A stretch of DNA of 64,000 nucleotides from a virus. The position numbers and the translations under genes were made by a program. The stretch spans positions 68,848 through 132,847 of the IMG/VR virus record IMGVR_UViG_3300045451_000008. The stretch is one strand, 5' to 3'. Shown piece by piece: positions 1 to 12,900 of the stretch. Position 1 is the stretch's first letter; each line of letters starts with the position of its first letter. Under the pieces are notes generated by a model. That model searched no databases, was not told where the DNA came from, and saw only the letters and a list, made by a program, of their open reading frames with translations.

Positions 1-1098
1 TACCAGGGCTCCACCATCCAGAAGCTCACGGCTGAGGGCCAGCGCGACGTGGACGCCTACGGTGACACCTCGCGCCACTTCGTCTCCGGTCCCTTCGCCA
101 CGTGGGAGGTCAACCCCCTCCGCAAGAAGGAGGACTTCGACACCGAGTTCCGTGAGGACCCGGTCATGTCCAAGGCCATGTACATGTGCCAGCCCTCCCG
201 GGCCACGGACGCCTACTTCCGCAACATGCCCGCCATCCGTTCGTGCGTCATCGAGGGGGAGCAGCCCATCACGGTGGAGTACAAGCTCCGCACCCTGCGC
301 AGCGACCTGACCGGGAATCTTGTTCAGACCTGGCAGGCCGAGTTCACCATCGCTCCGTGGTTCAAGCCCATCGCAGGGGCTCAGTACGCCATGCACGGTG
401 ACCTCGCGCTTCGCGGTGACCGTGCAGGCATCTCCATGTCTCACATCAAGCGCTGGGAGGATCGTCCGGAGACAGTCACTCTCGATGACGGCTCGGAGAT
501 CCAGGAGTACAACTCGGTCCCCATCGTGGAGAACGACTTCGTTCTCGCGCTGGAGTCCAAGCTCAACGAGACCCCTTCTCGCGAGATTCAGATTCGATGG
601 GCGCGAGAGCTGGCTTACGAGCTGTACAAGCTCGGATTCCACATCGCCATGTTCTCCTTCGACGGCTTCCAGTCCGCTGACTCGATGCAGATTCTGAATC
701 AGCGTGGCATCGAGACCAAGAAGATTTCCGCCGACGTCAACGACGACGTCTGGAAGGCACTGCGGGATGTCGGCTACGACGACCGCCTCGTGCTCAAGTT
801 CAATCAGCTCCTCTTCGATGAGCTGGAAGCCCTCTCCAAGATTCCCGGTGGCAAGGTTGACCACCCGCCTTCGGGATCCAAGGACCTGGCGGATGCACTC
901 GCGTGCTCTATCCTGGGGGCTATCGAGGTTGGTGGACAGGAAGACCCGACAGGGGAAGCCTTCTCCAGCGGCGAGAAGATCTTTGAAGTCGGAGACGCGC
1001 TCTCCATGCCTGATGGCTTCGATGATTGGTCCATGGCTTCGAGTGACCATCTCGGACTTCCAGTAGGCATGAAGGGATCTGGTTTCGGTGGCTACTGA
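1..1098 (+). CDS. Terminase large subunit (5'-truncated, C-terminal nuclease region)
   Basis: Frame is open from base 1. RNaseH-like motifs HGDLA...D and FDGFQS, and the C-terminal VDHPPSGSKDLADALA typical of terminases; lies directly upstream of the portal. Confidence 0.9.
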   Translation, partial: YQGSTIQKLTAEGQRDVDAYGDTSRHFVSGPFATWEVNPLRKKEDFDTEFREDPVMSKAMYMCQPSRATDAYFRNMPAIRSCVIEGEQPITVEYKLRTLRSDLTGNLVQTWQAEFTIAPWFKPIAGAQYAMHGDLALRGDRAGISMSHIKRWEDRPETVTLDDGSEIQEYNSVPIVENDFVLALESKLNETPSREIQIRWARELAYELYKLGFHIAMFSFDGFQSADSMQILNQRGIETKKISADVNDDVWKALRDVGYDDRLVLKFNQLLFDELEALSKIPGGKVDHPPSGSKDLADALACSILGAIEVGGQEDPTGEAFSSGEKIFEVGDALSMPDGFDDWSMASSDHLGLPVGMKGSGFGGY

Positions 1099-2947
1099 CG
1101 ACGTCAAGAAGAAGAATGAGCTGGCAGTCGTAGACCAGGAGGAAGCGACTGAGTCTCCCGAGGTGGCCGAGCGTCCCCTGCCCGTAGAGCTGGGTATCGA
1201 GATCGGTGTCGAGAGCAATCTCCCCTTCTCGACCCACTACACCCCTCCGATGGGCTCGCGCCGCAACATCCGGGACGACCTCTACGAGACCATCCGGGAG
1301 ACCTACGGCCAGGACTTCGGCCCGACTCCTCGTGACCTCGTCTCCATGCGGCGCCAGGACGGCCAGGCACGTGCCCTGTACCGCCTCCTGACGCTGCCTG
1401 TGAAGGCCGCGCTGGCGTCCTCGACCTTCCTCCCCGCCGAGGGTGGAGAGGCCGAGCAGGAGTACATCGAGCAGGTCTTCAACCTCCCGCCCGAGCACGG
1501 CGGCATGAGTGTCACCTTCTCGCACTTCATGAGCCAGCTCCTCATGGGTCTCTTCGACGGCTTTGCAGCCTTCGAGCAGGTCTACTGGATGCCGACCTTC
1601 GGCCCGCTGTCCGGCAAGTACACCCTCAAGAAGCTCGCGTACCGGCCCTCCGAGACCATCACCTTCGTTACGGACCAGGGCGGCTCCTTCGCAGGCTTCC
1701 GCCAGCGTGCTTTCCAGCACGGCAAGCAGATCGACGCGTTCATCCCGGTCGAGAACTGCTTCTACTACGCGGCGCAGGAGGAGGAGCGCAAGTTCTATGG
1801 TGTGAGCTTCTTCCAGTCGGCGTACTACCACTACGACAAGAAGATGAAGATCTACTTCACCGCGCACCTCGCAGCCCAGCGCGCCGCGGTCGGTACTCGC
1901 ATCGGCACCTATCCGGCTGCCGCAGGACCCACGTCCAAGGCCGTCTTCAAGCAGGCCCTCTCCGAGGTCGCCTTCGCGCAGTTCATGATGATGCCCGAGG
2001 GCTACAAGGTCGAGTCGCTCAAGGAGAGCGGGTCTTTCGACTTCCTGAACTACATCAACCACCACAACTCGCAGATGTCCAAGTCGGTGCTCGCGAACTT
2101 CTTCGACTCGGACACGGGTGGTGGCTCTGCCGACGCTTCTCTCGTCAACTTCGGTCAGCCCGGTGACGAGATGTTCACCCTGATGCTTCGTGGCGTCATG
2201 GACGACATCGCGAACTCCATCAACCACTACATCATCCCGCGGCTCATCGACTGGAACTTCGAGGGCGGCAAGTACCCGACCTTCACGTGGGCCAGCTTCA
2301 CCGACGAGCAGCGCTCGATCATCGCGGATACCTTCAAGACGCTCTCCACGGCAGGCCAGTCCATGACGGTCACGCCGGAGTTCATGCGTGCTCTGGAGAT
2401 CCACATGGCCGACGAGATGGGCCTGGAGGTGGACTACGAGGCCGTCGAGGAGCGCGAGGCCGAGGAGAAGGCTCAGCAGGAAGAGATGATGGCGCAGCAG
2501 CAGGCTGCCATGGACGCGCAGAACCAGCCCGTGGACGAGGAAGAGCCGGTGGACCCCGCCGACCAGTTCGAGACCTCCGCAGGCTTCTCGAACACCGAGT
2601 CCTCCGACGAGATGGTCAAGCTCGCTCGCGGCATGCTGGACGAGGCCGAGCTGGAGCTGTCGCGCCGGGTGGCCACCAAGGAGGGCTCCGATAAGTTCGG
2701 TGCTCCCATCGGCACGCTCATCACCGAGGACAACATCGCGAAGGCGGAGAAGAACACCAAGCGCAAGGTCACCCTCGTGCGCCTCATCTCCCTCCAGGCT
2801 CAGATCGACGCGGCCAACGAACTCGGCAACGAGCTTGCGGCCAAGGCGGCGCAGGACTCCTTCAACGAGGCCATGACGGAGTACACGGGTGGTCGCAACG
2901 TCGAGTACGTCAAGGAGCAGCTTCGCGCTCTGACCGGCAAGAAGTAG
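1088..2947 (+). CDS. Portal protein (Mu gp29/DUF935-like) with C-terminal extension
   Basis: 619 aa after terminase; FDGFAAFEQVYW, FYGVSFFQSAY and LIDWNF motifs; acidic C-terminal extension. Confidence 0.85.
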   Translation: MATDDVKKKNELAVVDQEEATESPEVAERPLPVELGIEIGVESNLPFSTHYTPPMGSRRNIRDDLYETIRETYGQDFGPTPRDLVSMRRQDGQARALYRLLTLPVKAALASSTFLPAEGGEAEQEYIEQVFNLPPEHGGMSVTFSHFMSQLLMGLFDGFAAFEQVYWMPTFGPLSGKYTLKKLAYRPSETITFVTDQGGSFAGFRQRAFQHGKQIDAFIPVENCFYYAAQEEERKFYGVSFFQSAYYHYDKKMKIYFTAHLAAQRAAVGTRIGTYPAAAGPTSKAVFKQALSEVAFAQFMMMPEGYKVESLKESGSFDFLNYINHHNSQMSKSVLANFFDSDTGGGSADASLVNFGQPGDEMFTLMLRGVMDDIANSINHYIIPRLIDWNFEGGKYPTFTWASFTDEQRSIIADTFKTLSTAGQSMTVTPEFMRALEIHMADEMGLEVDYEAVEEREAEEKAQQEEMMAQQQAAMDAQNQPVDEEEPVDPADQFETSAGFSNTESSDEMVKLARGMLDEAELELSRRVATKEGSDKFGAPIGTLITEDNIAKAEKNTKRKVTLVRLISLQAQIDAANELGNELAAKAAQDSFNEAMTEYTGGRNVEYVKEQLRALTGKK

Positions 2948-2950
2948 ATC

Positions 2951-3751
2951 GTGGTGTCCTTCAGTCAGCAGATGGAGGACTCCAGGACGGCACACCTCGC
3001 GGTGACCGCTCTGGACGAGGCCGCGCGCCTTCAGATTGCCGCCGCCTACCTGGCGTGGGATGCCGGGGAGCTGAACGCTCAGACGGTCCGTCACCGGCTT
3101 GAGGCCATCGTCCGCATGTCGTACCGCGCAGCCTCTCAAGTGGGCGCAGAGGCGGCACAGAGGGCCGCAGGAGACATCCCAGGCTGGAAGCCCAAGGCCG
3201 TCTTCAACAACGACTACCTCCAGGACCTCCTCAAGGACGTCCGGCGCAACCTCCGGGAGTACAAGGCCTCCAAGCGCACGGACGCGGACCGGCGCCGAGC
3301 AGTGCTCTACACGCAGCACAGCGCCGGGGTGGCGGCACAGCGAGCGTTCACGGACTCCACCATCGAGAGCTACGCCAACGTCGAGGCCCTGGGCTACGAG
3401 GTCATCAAGATCTGGCTGGCCAACTTCGTGGACAACACTCCCTGCCAGCACTGCCGTGACCTGCATGGCACTCGTGTGGGTCTCCGTGAGCCCTTCAAGG
3501 TGCCGACCAAGACCCTCAAGATCTACCGGGACCTCCAGGGTCCGCCCCGTCACCCTCGCTGCCACTGCTATCTCTGCGTCCTCGTGGTCAACCTGGAGAA
3601 CGCGTTCGAGGAGATCGAGCCGCTCAAGCCGCCGACTACAGCTCCCGTGACGATGACTACTCAAGAGGTCAAGAAGATTCCTGCCAAGGTCTTCTCGTCC
3701 ATCGTCGGAGTGCTCAAGAAGATTCAGAAGACTCTCAAGGGAGCACCGTGA
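2951..3751 (+). CDS. MuF-like (SPP1 gp7) minor head protein
   Basis: PCQHCRDLHG...GPPRHPRCHC motif typical of MuF; follows the portal. Confidence 0.8.
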   Translation: MVSFSQQMEDSRTAHLAVTALDEAARLQIAAAYLAWDAGELNAQTVRHRLEAIVRMSYRAASQVGAEAAQRAAGDIPGWKPKAVFNNDYLQDLLKDVRRNLREYKASKRTDADRRRAVLYTQHSAGVAAQRAFTDSTIESYANVEALGYEVIKIWLANFVDNTPCQHCRDLHGTRVGLREPFKVPTKTLKIYRDLQGPPRHPRCHCYLCVLVVNLENAFEEIEPLKPPTTAPVTMTTQEVKKIPAKVFSSIVGVLKKIQKTLKGAP

Positions 3752-3972
3752 TCCAGACGTACTCGCTTCGATTCTTCTTCGACAGTGTTCAGTCAGCAGC
3801 TCAGGCCTTGGAGATAGTTCTTCTTGATGCCCGCTCCACGCCTAGGAACTACCGGATCACAGGCCTGTCCGCACAGCAGATTCTTCAGTCAGGAATTCTT
3901 CTTGCTGGGGAACTGGATGAGGTAGCCGCTAAGCTGAAGACCGTGCCAGGAGCCGTCTGGTACAACGAGTAG
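3748..3972 (+). CDS. Hypothetical protein (74 aa)
   Basis: GTGA overlap with the upstream gene and fills the gap, but codon usage is atypical. Confidence 0.5.
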   Translation: MIQTYSLRFFFDSVQSAAQALEIVLLDARSTPRNYRITGLSAQQILQSGILLAGELDEVAAKLKTVPGAVWYNE

Positions 3973-3980
3973 GGACCATC

Positions 3981-6900
3981 GTGAATCTTTCTCCGGTTGA
4001 GCTGGCTCAGCTCCAGGACCTGGACATCATCGAGCTGGCGAACAAGATTCGCAAGGTTCGTACTCCGGAGGGCGCCAAGAAGTACGGCGTCCCCATCGGC
4101 ACCGTCATCACCAAGGACATGGAGGACAAGCTCCAGGGCAAGTCCGGGTCGGGCGCCCCGGCTTCCACCATCCAGTCTGGCGCCAACAACTTCGGCTCCA
4201 ACTCGGGCTCGTCGGCCACCCCCAAGGGTGCTGCCCCTGCTCCGGCCAACTCCCTCAACGCGCAGGGCCAGACCAAGAACAGCCGACCCAAGGTCGAGAA
4301 GGAGCAGCAGCAGCTCAAGGGCCAGGGCGGACAGCCCGCAGGCTCCAGCGCTGCCCAGCAGACCGCCGTGGCTGACGCCGTGCAGGCCAACCTGACGGTG
4401 ACCGACTCCACCATCTCCGGCCCGCTCAAGTTCTCGGTCGGTTCGGCCCAGTACTCCGCGCCCTCGGGCTCTGTGCTCATCAAGTCGAAGAAGGGCACGG
4501 GCGGTGGCGCCTACGTCCGCACTCCGGACGGCACCATCCACGCCTTCAACCAGGAGGGTGAGATCACTCTCCCCGACAACCTGGGCGACATCCTCTCGCT
4601 GAAGTTCACCAAGAACTTCAAGAGCGACGCCAAGTACGCCAAGGCGGAGTTCGACAACGACGACACCGAGACCTTCCCGGAGCTGGCCGCAGGCGCGGTG
4701 CTCCAGTCGGACGGCCAGGACATGTTCACCAAGGGTGAGGATGGCTTCTGGACCCACAAGGACATCGACATCAGCCTCACTGACGAGGACCTGGCGCCGA
4801 TGTTCGAGAGCGGTGAGCTGACGCTCAAGGAGACGCCGGTCGGCTTCAACGAGGCAGGCAAGGCCGACTTCAAGAACATGTCCAAGGACGAGTTCAAGGA
4901 CTACCTCTACTCGAAGAAGGAGGGCGACAAGCTCTACCTCAACGGGACCGAGGTCGTCTTCAACGGAGAGAGCTGGCTGAGCGAGAACGGTGCGGACTTC
5001 TCCGAGGATGAGATGGTCGTCTTCCGCAGCAAGGTCACTGAGGAGCCCAACACCGAGGAAGCTGGTGCTCCGAGTGCCACTCCTGAGGCCAACAAGAACA
5101 CGCTCAAGGTGGGCGACCTCGTCAGCACGCCCGAGGAAGAGAAGAATCTTCCGGTCGGCGCTGTCATGGACGTCCGCCTCGGTGGCGGGAAGAAGAAGAC
5201 TCCGCACACCAAGACCTCCGAGGGAAAGTGGACGGAGCCTGGAGGCAGTGCTGTAGAGACCCTGGGGTACAACCTCTCCATGGGGCACGTCACGGTCAAG
5301 AGCCTTCCGGAGGACTCGAACAGCTCTGCTCCCGACCCCACTACTGCCGTGGACCTTCCGGCGCCGGGCTCTCCTCTGGCTGAGGAGACGAAGGTCAAGT
5401 CGCTGGACAACATCGCTGGCTACCCCGTGGGCACCAAGCTCCAGTTCACGCTGCCTTCGGTCGGTGGTTCGGAAGGCTTCTCCGACACTTACACCAAGAT
5501 CGGGGACAACCAGTGGGCCAGTGCTGACCCCACGTTCAAGGACACTCCGGTCTCCGATTCTTCTTTCAAGAGCGCGATTGACCAGGGTCTCCTGACTGAG
5601 GTCTCTGTCCCAGAAGCCCCTGACCCGGACTACACCCTCACTCCTCAGGACCTGATGGAGATGAAGGACGGCGACGGCATCGACGTCGGCGGAGAGTTCT
5701 ACGTCAAGAGCAACGGTGTGTGGCTCGACTCGTCTGGCTCGGACAACGACGACGAGGCGTTCGCTGAAGACCTCGAAGAGGGCAACGTCGAGAAGATCAA
5801 CGACGTGCTCGCGGCGGAGGCGCTGGAGATCGCTCTGGAGGCCAAGGCTCAGTTCGAGGAGAACGAGCGTCAGATCAAGAAGCAGCAGCAGGCCGAGAAG
5901 AAGGCCGCTGAGGAGGAGTACCAGACCCAGGCACAGCTCCAGGCGAACATCGAGAAGCAGCAGGCTGAGGCCGCCGCCAAGAAGAAGGCTGACCAGGAGA
6001 AGGCTGCCGCCGACGCCGCCAAGGCCGCAGCAGAAGCCGAGGTCGCGGCTCAGGCTGCCAAGACGGCCAAGTACCAGCAGGACCTCGCCAAGGCCAATGC
6101 CGAGCAGCCCAAGGTGGGCAAGATTCTCGTCACCGTGGAGGAGATGGACTCGCTCTCCACGGGCACCAAGGTCAAGTACACCTCTATCGCAGGCGCTTCC
6201 ACGGAGTACGTGCACCAGTCGGATGGTTCCTGGCTCTCTGACTCCGGCACCGTCGCCTACACCAATTCCTTCTACGCCGCGGTCAACACCGATCTGGTCT
6301 CCATCTCGGCACTGCCGGACACGAGCCCGGCGCCGGAGCCGCAGAAGAGCGGCGACGACGGAACCTTCCTGATTGGTGGCAAGCCGTACTCCGCCAAGGA
6401 GGTCAAGCGGCTTCACGCAGTGCTGTCGATGCACCACGGTCCCGTTTCGCTCGGAATGAAGATCCTTCCGGACAGTCCGTTCGCTGACAAGAACGCGATG
6501 GACGAGCTGAAGGCACTGGCTCTCGCGGACTTCCCCAAGCTGGGGATCAAGCCCGGTATCGTCGCGTACCTCAAGAACATCATGGACAACCAGAAGTCCG
6601 AGAAGTCGGTGCCGACTCCCTCTTCGGATGGCGACTTCCAGGTCAACGGGAAGGTTTTCAGCTCGGACGACTTCCAGGAGGCTCTGACCTCTCTGGAAGA
6701 CCACCCCGGCTTCCAGATCTCCTACGGTCTCAAGGCCGTGCCCAACAACCCTTTCGTGGACAAGGACAACCAGGGTGCGCTGAAGCAGCTCGCTCAGGAT
6801 GCGTTCCCCAACCTCAAGCCCAAGCCCGCGGTCGTGGCCTACCTCAAGAAGCAGCTCGGCTACCAGGACGAGGAGGAGAGCGCCCAGGAGAGCGAGGGTG

Positions 6901-9900
6901 CCTCGACGGGTACTTCCATCTACTTCGGCTCCCGCACGCCCAAGAGCGGCGTCCAGGGAGTGGACGGTGGAGAGTTCGACCAGGCCGACGTGGAGTCCGC
7001 CATCGCCATCCTCCAGAACTACCCGGGCAAGCTCTACAAGAACGAGCTGAACAAGCAGGGCAACCCGCTGGGTGCTCTCGACCCCAACGCCATCGTCGGC
7101 TTCCACAAGGACAAGCTGGAGGGCAAGGCCGCGTACATCAAGCTCCTCCAGACCAAGCTCGACAAGTCCAAGACCAAGACGCCGATGGTCGCGCCCGAGG
7201 TCCCGGACGTCAACGCTGACTGGGTGGACCCGAACGCACCGGAGGAGAACAAGAATCTTGTTCCTCCGGGAGGCTTCAAGGACCTCGCCGTGGGATCCGA
7301 GGTCTCGCTCAACTTCCCGGCCAGTCCCGAGATGGATCCGCAGCCCTACCTCAAGGTCTCGGACAACGAGTGGAAGAACACTCTCTACAACACCGTCCAC
7401 TCTGAGGACGACCTCGTGGTCGCTCAGGAGTACGCCAACGGCTCTGAGTTCTCCATCACCAAGGTCGGTGCGCCCGCGGCGCCCGAGAAGATCGGTACCG
7501 TGGACGACCCGATGTCGGTCGAGGACGTCAAGAACCAGGGCATCGGTGCTCAGGTCCAGACCGTGAGCAAGAGCGGAAAGACCATCACCTTCACCAAGGT
7601 CAGTGAAGTTTCCTGGGACGGTGACAACCCCGATTACCTGGACATGGATTCGGCGGCTATCGAGATTCTCGCCAAGAAGAATCAGGTCCAGCTCATCAAG
7701 CCCGCGGAAGAGTCTTCGGGTGAGAAGTCCGACGAGGAGAAGGCCACTGACCTCAAGGCTGAGCTTTTCGCCTACCCCGCGGGCACCAAGGCCAAGCTCA
7801 ATCTCCTCAGCGAGACGGTCACCAAGCAGGAGGACGGCTCCTGGAAGTCCGACAAGGGCACCACGTACCCCGAGGGTGCCCTTGAGAACGGCTGGGATGG
7901 TCTGGGCGGGGAGTTCATCAGCTCGCCCACTCCCGAGCCTTCTCAGGCTTCCAAGGACACCGGCAAGGCTCTGGAGCTGGATGGCTACCCGGTCGGGCAC
8001 AAGGTCTTTTCTCAATTCGGAGATATCACCCTCACCAAGGAGTCGGATGATTCCTGGAAGCACAGCGATGGCACGATGCTTACCTCGTTCCAGCTCGCTG
8101 GTCTCTGGGATGCTTACCAGTTCGAGCACATCGGTTCCGACACGGCTTCCCCGAACGAGAAGCCTCTCGCGGAGGACATCAACTTCTGGACCTCCAGCAT
8201 CGACTACTCCAGTGACTGGATGGAGCTTGAGGGGACCATTGACGAGCTGCCGGTGGGCACCATTCTCAAGAACGAACTGGGGTCTTCGATGCAGAAGAAG
8301 TCTGAGTTCGAGTGGGTGTTCGAGGGAGGCACTCCGACCAACATCGCGCACAACTCGACCACCATCGCGCAGGACTGGGAAGTGGACCCCTGGACTGTCG
8401 AGAAGGTCGGAGACGGTCTCTACGTCGAGCCGCTGCCGAAGAACAACGTCACGGACTTCTTCGCGAGCCTTCAGGGCCTCAACACCCCTAACGCGGCTAC
8501 GGCTACTCCCGAGACTCCTGCCGCCAAGAAGCCGACCGAGTTCGGTGAGCCCATGACGGCGGACGACTTCCTCACGCAGCCGGTGGGCTCGGTCATGCAG
8601 CTCGCTGACGACAGTGGCTTCTACACCAAGGCGATCAACGGCACGTGGGAGGACCTGGACGACGGACACGTCCTCACGACGGCCAACGTCGCCACGCTCG
8701 TCTCCAACGAGGGTGCTCTCCTCTTCGAGGTGGGCAAGCCGGACGTGCCGGACTACGCCGCAGCTCCCGGTGCTGTCCAGAGCAAGCAGACCGGTGACCC
8801 TGACACCAGCCCCAACATCAACGAGTCCGGTCTCACGCCGGGCAAGTACTCGACGGAGAACGGCAAGGCCTACATGGTCGTCTCCGCCAACGGCTCCGGT
8901 GTCTACGTGACCTCCAAGGGTGAAGTCACTGCCATCAACGCGGCCAAGGTCAAGGCGAACCACAAGGCGGGAATGACCACCTACGGTGGCGTCGTGGAGA
9001 ACCCCCCGGTGCCTTCTTCGGAGAGCACTGTCGAGGCGACCAAGAAGAAGGTCGTCAACGACGTCATCCCGAGCGGTACCTACTACAACGGTCCGTCGAA
9101 CGACCCCAAGTCCACGGTCTACATCGTGGATGGGGACGCGGTGAAGATCTACAAGAACGGCGCCGAGCCCAAGGTCGGCAAGCAGTCTTCGATCCAGTCG
9201 GTCTTCAAGAAGGGCCAGCTCCTCGACCAGCAGGGCAACTCCATCTTCCCGAAGGATTACACCGGCTCTGTCTCGCTCCTGGGACAGGAGACCACGATTC
9301 CGGCCCTCATCCTCGCGCAGAAGGCCATCGACAACCACACGGGCTCCGCATTCGATTCCAAGCTCCAGTACAGCATCAAGCAAGCCGGTGTCTTCTACGA
9401 GGGCCAGGTCGATCTGGAGACCTTCAAGGCCAACATCGACTCCATGCTCAAGGACGTGGACAAGAGCGACCCGGACACGGGCGCTGCCAACCTCTTCGAG
9501 TGGGATGGTCTCGGCAACGCGACCTTCCCTGAGTCCATGGTCGGAGTCAACAAGGGCTACAAGATCTCTGAGTACAACGCCTTCATCAAGCAGGCGTCGC
9601 TCTCCATCGGCGGTGGCAACATCATCGGTCAGCACACGAACGCGATGTCCAAGACCCAGAAGGGTCAGTGGATCAACGCGTTCAACAACGGTGATTTCAA
9701 GGCCATGTATCAGATCGAGGTCGCCGCGGCTGCCTCGAAGAATCTTCCTCACGCTGCCGGTTACCTTCACCCGGGCTATGAGGGAAGTCCCTCGACCAAC
9801 AAGGTGCAGTGGGGCGCCGCTGTTCCCGGTGAGATTCCTGCCGGTGTCAAGGTGGACAAGTTCAAGCTGCCGGAGACCCTGAGCTGGTCGAACCCCAATG

Positions 9901-12900
9901 AAATTCCCAAGGAGGTAGTCGATAACTACCTCGTCGCGGCTCAGATGCAGAACCCCGAGTACCTGACTCTCGCTGAGCGTCGTCAGTGGGCAACTAGCCA
10001 CTACAACGCCTCGATTGCCTACAACCCGGCTTCTCCCACGAACACCGTGAACAAGCTCTCGCTCCAGGCTCAGTCGCTGAAGGCATCCGGCGCCGCTCCT
10101 CTCACCGACTCTCCCAAGTGGACTGAGATCGAGACGATGGAGAAGCCCAAGCTCTACGTGAACCTCTTCGAGCAGAGCAAGTTCCCCACCGAAGGCTGGA
10201 CGGCTACTGCCGCGGAGCAGTGGTACGAGGACAACAAGGCGGAGCTGGACGACTACGTCACGAACAACTCGACGGCCAAGGAACAGGGCATCACCACCAA
10301 GTCGCTCAGCCTCAACAAGTACGTGACGCAGCAGTACGTCAAGATGTACTTCGAGGACAAGGAGAGCGCTGCCGCCGCTGAGGCGCTCATCCCCGTCTAC
10401 ACCAAGGACCCCACCCAGACGGTCAAGGGTTCGACCAACCCGGTGCACCAGTACACCGACCAGTTCGGTAACAAGTACTTCTTCAAGCCGCGCGCCGACA
10501 CCAAGCTGGACAAGTACCGCTCCGAGGTCGAGCACATGGGCAACGAGATGTCCCGTGCTCTGGGCTTCAACGCATCCAAGTCCAGCCTCCAGACCCTCAA
10601 CGGTCAGTACGGCCAGCTCCAGTCCGACGCTGGTGGCGTCGGTGACCTTATGAACGCCGACTACTCCAAGCAGTCGCTGACGACCCTGAAGGACGTCGCC
10701 GCGGAGCACATCCTGGACTGGTTCCTGGACAACGACGACACCAAGGGCGACAACGTCCGGGTCATGGCCAACGGTCATGTCGTCGGTATCGACAAGGGTC
10801 GCGCCTTCAAGAGCTACGGCGCATGGAAGGGTCTCTCCGGAGACGCTGCCATGAACTCGAACGCCAACACCGTCTACAGCCAGATGTACGCAGCGATCAA
10901 GTCCGGGAAGATTTCCAAGGCGGACGCCGACGAGATCTACAAGGCGACGCACGCTCGCGCCCTGAAGATGCAGAAGTTCAGCGACGCCCGCCTCGATGCA
11001 CTTCTCGACCAGGGCATGGCCAACCGCACGAGCTACGACGTGCCCTACAAGCTCTCGGACGGCACCTACGCTTCGGACTCGCTGGATGGCCTGAAGATGG
11101 CTGTCAAGGACCGCAGGGACCGTCTGGCGGAGGACTTCGACTCCATGTGGTCGAAGATCTACCAGCAGGCCGGGTACGGAGATCTTCCGGAGCCCGAGGT
11201 GTCCCCGCTGGGAGACGTCATCTCCGGACTCGGTCACGAGAAGCTCCACACGGAGGTCTTCGAGGCGAACACCCACGGCAAGTCCACGCTCATCAACAGC
11301 TCCAGCGTCGTCGGCGGCACCGTGCACCTCTGGGTGGAGAAGAACAAGAAGGCCGACAAGCTCCAGGTCAAGGGAGAGATGTACGTCGGTGACCTGAAGC
11401 AGCAGGAGCTTCTGGGATTCTTCTCCAAGCACACCGAAGGTCTTTCCGACGAGAAGATGCAGAGCGGATTCAACTCCGACGAGTTCGGTGAAGGAATCGT
11501 CAACGCGGCCAAGACGATCAATCACCACGCGCTCGATCAGAAGTACAACATGTCCACGGTCAACAACTTCTTCGGCATCGAGAAGAACATCGACAAGGAC
11601 CTGGATGCCTGGACTCCGAACCTGGAGGCCAACTCCACGTTCATGAACGAGCCCGCCTACAAGTTCCCCTCGGGCACCCTTGTGCCCATGGTTCACGTGG
11701 ACCAGTACAAGCTCATGCTGGACTACTACAAGCCGAAGGCTGCCTCTGTCTCGGCTGCCTACGACAGCCAGGGCAAGGTTGCGATCATCGAGCCTTACTC
11801 TCCGCTGAGCCTTCCCGTGAAGGACATGGAGGAGCAGTACGGCAAGACCGATGGTTCTTCTCTCGTCAAGCTCTCGAACAACTCGTTCCTCTACAAGGAC
11901 TCCGCCAACAGCTCCGTCTCCACGGTCTCGGAGAAGGAAGCCATGGCCCTCATGGACAACGGGGCCGACCCGGGATGGTCTTCCGTCTCGGCTCCCAAGG
12001 TGGTCACTCCCAACCTGCCGTACACCGTCAAGCTCAACGAGAAGACTCACGAGAAGGTTGCTGCCTACGACAGCCGACTCAACCTGAAGGTCGAGATGGA
12101 AGCGAGCGTCGGACAGAACGGCGCCCGTGGCAAGGAGTTCGAGATCACTCTCGACACGGGTGAGAAGATCTACTGGCGCAACGCGGGCCAGACCGGTACG
12201 GCGATGGGCCAGCACGGCAAGCTCACGTTCGTCATGCCGGATGCCGGGGACTCCCAGTCGTCGCAGGCCTCGATGGCGCGTATCCAGAACGTGCTCAGCG
12301 ACCTGGGCATCGACAACGAGCCCGCCGACGACACCACCGCTCGCAACATCTACTGGCGCGAGATGTACGGCGTCATGATGAACCGCAAGCACAAGCCGAA
12401 CTCCCCCAACGAGCGGGCTCAGAAGGCCATCCAGGCGAAGATCGCTGAGATCAAGAGCACCGAGAGGAAGTTCATCGAGGAGTTCGGTCGTCTCGTCTCT
12501 CCTGAGGAGGAGAACGAGTTCTGGACCAAGGTCTACTCGGATGAGTGGCCTAAGGAGGTTGCCAACCTCTTGCAGACCGAGGGCTACCTTCCCAAGTACG
12601 ACCACCTCAACATTCAGAACTCTGAGCTGGAGTCGGGTAAGCCGTACTGGGATCGCTTCGACGTCTCGGATGACGAGTACGAGGACGCGGTGCTCTACCA
12701 CGAGAGTTCCAGCACCACTGAGACCATCATCGAAAGCGGTGGGCTCTTCTCGGGTGAGGAGCGCGTGCGTCAGCTCGGCTTCATCGCGACGCCTAGTGGG
12801 CTGTACGGTTCGACTTCCCCTCTCCAGGACCAGAGCAACGGTTCGTCTCATGTCATCTACACCCGGGTCCGCAAGGTGGGCACCGCTGTTCCGTCCAACG

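Noticed and set aside
3885-12851. 2988-aa minus-strand ORF and other long antisense ORFs (e.g. 920-3664, 53939-56422)
   Set aside because: Shadow frames of + strand genes. Strong GC3 bias removes stops on the reverse strand; the translations are V/L/G/R-rich with no motifs.
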